Of a DNA stretch of 35,857 bases, positions 29,993 through 35,857 are shown piece by piece. The notes below the pieces were generated by a model that did not search any database, was not told the origin of the DNA, and saw only the letters and a program-made list of their open reading frames with translations. The stretch is from Candidatus Eiseniibacteriota bacterium (GTDB lineage: Bacteria > ARS69): NCBI GenBank assembly GCA_052390515.1, contig JBQTGV010000176.1, positions 1-35,857 on the forward strand, read 5' to 3'. How positions within the stretch are numbered: the first letter of the stretch is position 1; each line of letters starts with the position of its first letter. Made by a program: the position numbers and the translations under genes.

Positions 29993-31599
29993 CGCGCGCC
30001 GCGGCGCTGATCGCTGTCGCGCTCGTGGGGCTGGGGTGTTCGCCGCGCGCGGAGCCGCGGGACGTCCCGCCGAGCACCCTGCTCTGGGGCATCAACAACG
30101 AACCGGACCGGCTGAATCCCGTGCTCGTCGCCAGCGTCTTCGGGCGAGACGTGTGCAACCTCCTGTTCCTGTACCTGGCGGATTTCGGCCCGCCTCCGGA
30201 CCTCGCGTTCGAGCCGGAGCTCGCCGAGAGCTGGGAGGTCGCGGAGGACCGCAAGAGCGTCGTCTACCGGCTGCGCCGCGATATCCTCTGGCACGACGGT
30301 GCGCCGACCACCGCGCACGACGTGAAGTTCACGTTCGACACGATCTCCGATCCGACCGTTCCCTATCCGGCGCGTGGCCAGATCCGCAACGTGGCGTCCT
30401 GCGAGGTGCTGGACGACTGGACGGTGCGCTTCCACTTCACCGAACCCTCCTGGGAGCCCGTCTACGCCACCTGGTTCCACATCGTTCCTGAGCACTTGCT
30501 GGAAGGGCTTCCCGCGGCGGGGTGGGACACGGCCGACTTCAACCGCTCGCCCGTGGGCAACGGGCCGTTCCGATTCCAGGAGTGGGAGCGGGGCAGCCGG
30601 CTGGTCCTCGCGGCGAACGACGGGCCGCTCGGGCGCCCCGGCTTCGACCGCGTCGTCTTCCGATTCATCCCGGAGGACGTCACGCTGCGCACCGAGTTGC
30701 TCACCGGGGGCGTGGACGTCTACCATCGCTATCCCTACCGCTTCTGGCAGGAGGATTCGGCGAACGCGGATCTGGATTTCCTGGAGATCTCCGACCGCAC
30801 CTACGTGTACATCGGGTGGAACCTGCGCAATCCGCTCTTCGCCGACCGCCGCGTCCGCGAAGCGCTGACCCTGGCGACCGACCGGCAGTCCATCGTCGAC
30901 GCGTTCCGCGCCGGGTTCGGGACCGTCGTGGACGTCCCCGTCTTCGAGGAGCACCCCGACTTCAACCCGAACGTGGAGCCTCCGCCGTACGATCCCGTGC
31001 GCGCGGCGGCGCTGCTCGACGAGGCCGGCTGGACCGAGCGCGCCGCGGACGGCGTGCGCGTCAGGGATGGACGGCGCTTCGAGTTCACGTACCTGCTCAT
31101 CGCCAACAACGAGATTTCCGAGGAGATCGCCACGATGACGCAGGAAGCCTTCGGCAAGCTCGGCATCGCCGTGCGCACCGACTTCCTCGAGTTCACGGTG
31201 CTGCTCGAGCGCCAGGAAGCGAAGGACTTCGACGCGCTGATCCTGGCCCGGAGCGAAGGGCTCATCCTGGACCCGGAGGACGTTTTCCACTCCCGGGCGA
31301 TCGACGGGCGCTACAACACGATCTCGTTCTCCGACCCCGCCGTGGACAGCCTCATCGATCTGGCGAAGGGACTCCCCGACCGCTCGGAGCGGCGGCTGGT
31401 GTGGTGGCGGCTCCAGGAAGTCCTGCAGGAGAAGCGCGCCATCACTCCGCTCTACGTCGGGCAGGCGCTCTACCCGGTGCGCCGGGACCGGGTCGCGGGA
31501 GCCGTGATGGACGTACGCGGGCCGTTCTACCGGCTGGCGGAGTGGCGGCCGGCGGGGACGGCGGAGCGAATGCGGGGCTCCTCCGGGGGCCCGGGTTGA
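29989..31599 (+). CDS. ABC peptide-binding lipoprotein (SBP family 5, OppA/DppA-like), copy 1
   Basis: ATGA overlap; lipobox LGC; PELAESWEV, LRRDILWHDGAPTTAHDVKFTF, PVGNGPF, RVREAL. Confidence 0.9.
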   Translation: MTRAAALIAVALVGLGCSPRAEPRDVPPSTLLWGINNEPDRLNPVLVASVFGRDVCNLLFLYLADFGPPPDLAFEPELAESWEVAEDRKSVVYRLRRDILWHDGAPTTAHDVKFTFDTISDPTVPYPARGQIRNVASCEVLDDWTVRFHFTEPSWEPVYATWFHIVPEHLLEGLPAAGWDTADFNRSPVGNGPFRFQEWERGSRLVLAANDGPLGRPGFDRVVFRFIPEDVTLRTELLTGGVDVYHRYPYRFWQEDSANADLDFLEISDRTYVYIGWNLRNPLFADRRVREALTLATDRQSIVDAFRAGFGTVVDVPVFEEHPDFNPNVEPPPYDPVRAAALLDEAGWTERAADGVRVRDGRRFEFTYLLIANNEISEEIATMTQEAFGKLGIAVRTDFLEFTVLLERQEAKDFDALILARSEGLILDPEDVFHSRAIDGRYNTISFSDPAVDSLIDLAKGLPDRSERRLVWWRLQEVLQEKRAITPLYVGQALYPVRRDRVAGAVMDVRGPFYRLAEWRPAGTAERMRGSSGGPG

Positions 31600-33227
31600 G
31601 GCCCGCGGTGCGCGGCCCGCTCGCAGGGCTCGGGGTGTTCGGGGCGTTCGCGCTGGCCGGGTGCGGCGGCGGGGGCGAGGCGTTCGAGGCTTCGCCCGAA
31701 GCGGAAGCTCCCTCGCCGGGCGGAACCTGCGTCATCGGGATCTTCTCCGACTACGACGGCCTGAACGAGCTCGTCTCCACCGACGCGAACGCCACGGACT
31801 GCATGGAGTCCATGCTGTACATGCCGCTGCTGCGCTGGAACGCGGAGCTCGAGCTGGAGGGGAGGCTCGCTAAGTCGTGGCAGTTCTCGGAGGACCGCCG
31901 CACGATCACCATGCAGCTCCGCGACGACGTCCGCTGGCACGACGGCGCGCCGACCACCGCCGAGGACGTGAAGTTCAGCTTCGATCGCTTCGTCGATCCG
32001 GAGCTGGCCTACTCCGACGCCGGCTTGCTGCGGCACCTGGAGTCGGTGGAGGTGCTCGGGCCGTACGAGATCCGCTTCACGTTCGCGCGCGCGTACGCCG
32101 ATCAGCTCGCGCACCTTCGCAAGGTCATCGTGCCCAAGCACCTGCTGGATGCCGTGCCCTCCCTGGAAATGGAATCGGCCGACTTCAACCGCGCGCCGGT
32201 GGGCAACGGCCCGTTCCGCTTCGTCCGCTGGAAGAGGGATCAGGAGCTCGTCTTCGAGGCGAATCCCGATTTCGCGGACGGCCGTCCGCTGCTCGACCGG
32301 ATCGTGTTCCGTGTGATCCCCGACCAGACCGCGGTGGAGACGGCGTTCCGGGCGGGGCAGATCGACGTGGTGGAGCGCCTGCGCTACGAGACGGTGGCCG
32401 GCTTCCGGGAGAACCCGGAGTTCCGGGTCTATCCCTACGCGCAGCGCGGATACCAGTACCTCGGATGGAACACGCTGCATGCCCCCTTCGACGACCCGAA
32501 CGTGCGGCTGGCGATGACGCTGGCCATCGATCGGCAGCGGATCCTGGATGCGCTCGTCTTCGGCGAGGGCAAGGTGACCGCGCATCCGATCATGTCGCTT
32601 TCGCCGTTCTACGCGGCGGACATCCCGCCGCATCCCTACGATCCGGAGCGCGCGCGGGAGCTGCTGAGAGCAGCGGGCTGGACCGACACGGACGGCGACG
32701 GATGGCTCGACCGGGGCGGCCGGAAGTTCGAGTTCACGCTGACCACGAACCTCGGAAACCAGTTCCGCGAGGACGCGCTCGTCGTCATCCAGGGCGACCT
32801 CAAGAAGATCGGCGTGGCCGTCGTGCCGCAGGTGCGCGAGTGGTCGGTCTTCCTGGACGATCTCAAGGGCAAGCGCTTCGAGGTGTGCCACCTCGCCTGG
32901 GAGACGGACTTCGTCATCGACCCCTACGACCTCTTCCACTCCGGCGCGATCGAAGGGAAGTACAACTTCACGAGCTTCTCCCACGCGAGGGTCGATCAGC
33001 TGATCGAGGCCGGCGTGCTCGCGCCGACGGCGGAGGACGCCCGGTCGATCTGGCACGAGTACCAGGCGGTCTTGCACGAGCAGCAGCCGTACACGATCCT
33101 GTACGAGCTGGTCTATTCCGTGGGGATGGCGAAGCACGTGCGCGGCGTGGTCATCGACGTGCGCGGGATGCTCGACGGCGTGGAGTCGTGGTGGATCGCG
33201 CCGGCGGACCGCAAGTACGCGGGCTAG
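31596..33227 (+). CDS. ABC peptide-binding lipoprotein (SBP family 5), copy 2
   Basis: TTG 31596 overlapping the upstream TGA (or GTG 31608); lipobox LAGC; LAKSWQFS, LRDDVRWHDGAPTTAEDVKFSF, PVGNGPF. Confidence 0.9.
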   Translation: MRPAVRGPLAGLGVFGAFALAGCGGGGEAFEASPEAEAPSPGGTCVIGIFSDYDGLNELVSTDANATDCMESMLYMPLLRWNAELELEGRLAKSWQFSEDRRTITMQLRDDVRWHDGAPTTAEDVKFSFDRFVDPELAYSDAGLLRHLESVEVLGPYEIRFTFARAYADQLAHLRKVIVPKHLLDAVPSLEMESADFNRAPVGNGPFRFVRWKRDQELVFEANPDFADGRPLLDRIVFRVIPDQTAVETAFRAGQIDVVERLRYETVAGFRENPEFRVYPYAQRGYQYLGWNTLHAPFDDPNVRLAMTLAIDRQRILDALVFGEGKVTAHPIMSLSPFYAADIPPHPYDPERARELLRAAGWTDTDGDGWLDRGGRKFEFTLTTNLGNQFREDALVVIQGDLKKIGVAVVPQVREWSVFLDDLKGKRFEVCHLAWETDFVIDPYDLFHSGAIEGKYNFTSFSHARVDQLIEAGVLAPTAEDARSIWHEYQAVLHEQQPYTILYELVYSVGMAKHVRGVVIDVRGMLDGVESWWIAPADRKYAG

Positions 33228-33392
33228 TGGCCGCCGTCTCGGAAGAACGGGCATCGATGGCCGAGCGTCGTCGCCGCCGCGACGTAGCCACGGACGGCGA
33301 AGGCCGGCGGCGCCGATCCGAGCGAGCCAGGACGGCGAGCGAGGTTGAGCGAGGGCATCGATGGACGTTCTCTCCGAGGCGCTGCACTAGCC
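33222..33392. repeat. Intergenic structured repeat, copy 2 (core 33255-33360 plus terminal inverted repeat)
   Basis: Core 92% identical to 16375-16480; arm 33222-33259 is an imperfect reverse complement of 33356-33392. Confidence 0.9.
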
Positions 33393-33402
33393 GGGGCACG
33401 GA

Positions 33403-34368
33403 ATGATCCGCTACGTCATCCGCCGCATCCTCGTCTCCATCCCGCTGATCTGGGCGCTGGCGACGCTCACGTTCTTCATCGTGCGCGCCGCGCCCGGCGA
33501 TCCGATGGCCATGTACTTCAGCCCCGAGATCGACCCCTCGGTGATGGAGACGGTGAGGGCGCGCCTCGGGCTGGACCAGCCGATCCACGTGCAGTACGTG
33601 AAGTGGCTCGCCGCGCTCGCCCGCGGGGAACTCGGCGTCTCCTTCGCCCACCACCGTCCGGTCGCTGAAATCCTGCTGGAGACGATCCCGAACACGCTGA
33701 TCCTGACGGTGTGGGCGCTGCTTCTCGATCTTGCGCTCGGCGTCGTCATCGGGGTCATCTCCGCGGTGCGGCAGAACACCTGGATCGACCACGGGATCAC
33801 CGTCGGCGCGCTGTTCATCTACTCCATGCCGGGCTTCTGGCTCGGCCTCATGCTGATCATCCTGTTCTCGCTGAAGCTCGGGTGGCTGCCGGCGAGCCAG
33901 ATGGAGTCGGTCGACGCCGAGTACATGCCGTGGCTGGAGCGGACCATCGACCGGGCGAAGCACCTGATCCTGCCGGTCTTCGTCCTGGGGATCGCCTCGG
34001 CGGCCTCCGTGGCGCGCTACATGCGGGGCAGCCTGCTCGAGGTGATCCGCCAGGACTTCATCCGCACCGCGCGCGCCAAGGGGCTTCCCGAAGGCGCCGT
34101 CATCTTCAAGCACGCGCACCTGAACGCCCTGATCCCGATCATCACCCTGCTCGGTCACTACCTTCCGTTCCTGATGTCCGGTGCGGTCGTCACCGAGACG
34201 ATCTTCGCGTGGCCGGGAATGGGCCGGCTCACCGTCGGCGCCATCTTCGCCCGCGACTATCCCATCGTCATGGCCGCGAACCTCATCGCTGGGGTCATGG
34301 TGGTGGCCGGCAACCTGCTCGCCGACATCCTGTACGCGGTCGTCGATCCGCGCATCCGGTACGACTGA
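33403..34368 (+). CDS. oppB: Peptide ABC permease, OppB/DppB type
   Basis: YVIRRIL, APGDP, GLDQP..VQY, SMPGFWLG, HLILP, TARAKGL, ETIFAWPGMG, RDYP, DPRIRY. Confidence 0.93.
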   Translation: MIRYVIRRILVSIPLIWALATLTFFIVRAAPGDPMAMYFSPEIDPSVMETVRARLGLDQPIHVQYVKWLAALARGELGVSFAHHRPVAEILLETIPNTLILTVWALLLDLALGVVIGVISAVRQNTWIDHGITVGALFIYSMPGFWLGLMLIILFSLKLGWLPASQMESVDAEYMPWLERTIDRAKHLILPVFVLGIASAASVARYMRGSLLEVIRQDFIRTARAKGLPEGAVIFKHAHLNALIPIITLLGHYLPFLMSGAVVTETIFAWPGMGRLTVGAIFARDYPIVMAANLIAGVMVVAGNLLADILYAVVDPRIRYD

Positions 34369-35477
34369 TGCGCGAAGCCCTCTCGCTCCTTCCGGGCGTC
34401 GGCCACGCCCTGCACGAGAGGCCGCAGCGGGCGCTCGCGTTCGGGGCGGCCTGGCTCGCGTTCCTGGTCGTGCTGTGGTGGAACCGCGGCGAGCTGGGGC
34501 CGGCGCTCGTCGGCCGCGCGTTCGATGGCAAGCTCGCGGTGGTCTTCTTGCTGGCGTCGATCGTGGCACTTCCCGCGGTGTCCTGGGCGGACTGTCGGAG
34601 GCTCCGCTACGCACCGTCGGGCCGACAGGGCGAGAGCCAGTGGAAGATGGTCTACCGCCGCTTCATGCGCAACAACGCGGCGCGCGCCGGGCTGACGCTC
34701 GTGGTCATGCTCTACTGCGTCGCGCTGCTGGCCCCCCTGCTGGCCCCGCACGATCCCGACGCGCAGGGAGACATCGTCAACACGCGCTACCGCGCGCCGG
34801 GAGAGGAGAACCGTCTCGGCACGGACAAGTTCGGGCGGGACATCCTGTCGCGGATCATCTACGGCTCGCGCATCTCGCTCTCCATCGGTTTCGTCGCCGT
34901 GGCCATCGCCATCACCCTGGGGACGCTGGCGGGCGCCGTCTCCGGTTACTTCGGATCGACGACCGACTGGATCGTGATGCGCTTCGTCGACGTGCTGATC
35001 GCCTTCCCGCGGCTGTTCATCGTGTTGACGCTGATCGCCCTGTTCAGCCCGCAGATCTGGCTCATCGTGTCGGTCCTCGGCGTGACCAGCTGGATGGGCG
35101 TCGCGCGCCTGGTGCGCGGCCAGATCCTGACCATCAAGGAACGCGAGTTCATCCAGGCGACGCGGGCCTTGGGGCTGCCGCACACGCGCGTGATCTTCCG
35201 CCACGTACTGCCCAACGCGATTTCGCCGGTGATCGTGGCGGCCACGCTCATGATCGGGGACGTGATCCTCACCGAGGCGGTGCTCTCGTTCCTGGGGCTG
35301 GGGGTGCAGCCGCCGACGGCCTCGTGGGGGAACATCATCAATCAGGGCCGCGACAACCTGCTCGGGGCGTGGTGGATCGCGACGTTCCCCGGGCTGGCCA
35401 TCGTGCTCACCGTGGTGTCGTACAACCTGCTCGGGGACGGATTGCGCGACGCGCTCGATCCGCGCCTGAAAGACTGA
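34368..35477 (+). CDS. oppC: Peptide ABC permease, OppC/DppC type, with extra N-terminal membrane segment
   Basis: TGATG overlap; LGTDKFGRDILSRIIYGSRISL, EFIQATRALG, RHVLPN, LSFLGLGVQPP, GDGLRDALDP. Confidence 0.92.
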   Translation: MREALSLLPGVGHALHERPQRALAFGAAWLAFLVVLWWNRGELGPALVGRAFDGKLAVVFLLASIVALPAVSWADCRRLRYAPSGRQGESQWKMVYRRFMRNNAARAGLTLVVMLYCVALLAPLLAPHDPDAQGDIVNTRYRAPGEENRLGTDKFGRDILSRIIYGSRISLSIGFVAVAIAITLGTLAGAVSGYFGSTTDWIVMRFVDVLIAFPRLFIVLTLIALFSPQIWLIVSVLGVTSWMGVARLVRGQILTIKEREFIQATRALGLPHTRVIFRHVLPNAISPVIVAATLMIGDVILTEAVLSFLGLGVQPPTASWGNIINQGRDNLLGAWWIATFPGLAIVLTVVSYNLLGDGLRDALDPRLKD

Positions 35478-35489
35478 GCGGGCGAACGC

Positions 35490-35857
35490 TCAGAGGCCCC
35501 GCGCGCGCTGGCGGGCGCGGATGGACTCCAGCCGATCGTCGGGGATGGCGTCGATGAGATCCCGCGTGTACGCCTCGCGGGGGTGCGCGTAGACCTGCTC
35601 GGCCGTTCCCGTCTCCAGAATCCGCCCGTCGTGCATGATGGCCACGTCGTCGGCCATGAACTTGACCACGGCGAGGTCGTGGCTGATGAAGATGTAGGTC
35701 AGGCCCCGGTGCTCCTGCAGATCCTTGAAGAGGTTCAGGACCTGCGCCTGGACGGAGACGTCCAGCGCGGAGACGGACTCGTCGCAGATGAGGAAGACCG
35801 GGTTCACGGACAGCGCGCGGGCGATGCAGATGCGCTGGCGCTGGCCGCCGGAGAACT
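35490..35857 (-). CDS. Peptide/nickel ABC ATP-binding protein (DppF/OppF-like), C-terminal part; 5' end outside the window
   Basis: FSGGQRQRICIARAL, ICDESVSALDVSVQAQVLNL, FISHDL, HPREAYT. Confidence 0.92.
   Translation of the reverse strand, partial: FSGGQRQRICIARALSVNPVFLICDESVSALDVSVQAQVLNLFKDLQEHRGLTYIFISHDLAVVKFMADDVAIMHDGRILETGTAEQVYAHPREAYTRDLIDAIPDDRLESIRARQRARGL

Noticed and set aside
28762-31599. 945-aa ORF (also 30522-33227 and 33711-35477) suggesting giant ABC components
   Set aside because: The N-terminal parts are alternate-frame overlaps of upstream genes; true starts are at stop/start overlaps 29989, 31596 and 34368.

Overview
A gene-dense, very GC-rich (roughly 70% by eye) bacterial window with no tRNA/rRNA, CRISPR array or transposase. 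A beta-barrel protein ending in Phe and lipoprotein ABC binding proteins suggest a diderm organism; the lineage cannot be fixed from this window. The left part holds a HEAT-repeat Ser/Thr kinase (cut by the window edge, absent from the ORF track), an FHA protein, an orphan CcmP/CsoS1D-type BMC-T shell gene, a histone-H1-like/SWIB protein, a dehydrogenase-first HADH/crotonase fusion, a patA/pimA-like pair, an MglA GTPase with a candidate sigma-54 promoter, a TPR protein, an isolated trpA, an outer-membrane protein and uvrA. The right part is a long + strand run: kbl, an archaeal-type thrS, gcvT-H-PA-PB, then an 8-gene uncharacterised module (22916-29992), then an Opp/Dpp ABC system. The module is built around a GlmL/MutL-like (glutamate mutase L family, ASKHA) ATPase with no B12 mutase partner in the window. 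It also has a barrel-sandwich/swivel/KOW protein and several membrane proteins, two of which look like opposite-topology paralogues. This module is the best candidate for an undescribed system, possibly an ATP-driven membrane machine linked to amino-acid or peptide metabolism. A 106-bp intergenic repeat occurs twice, each copy closed by its own long inverted repeat. All calls are from motif recognition by eye; no searches were run.
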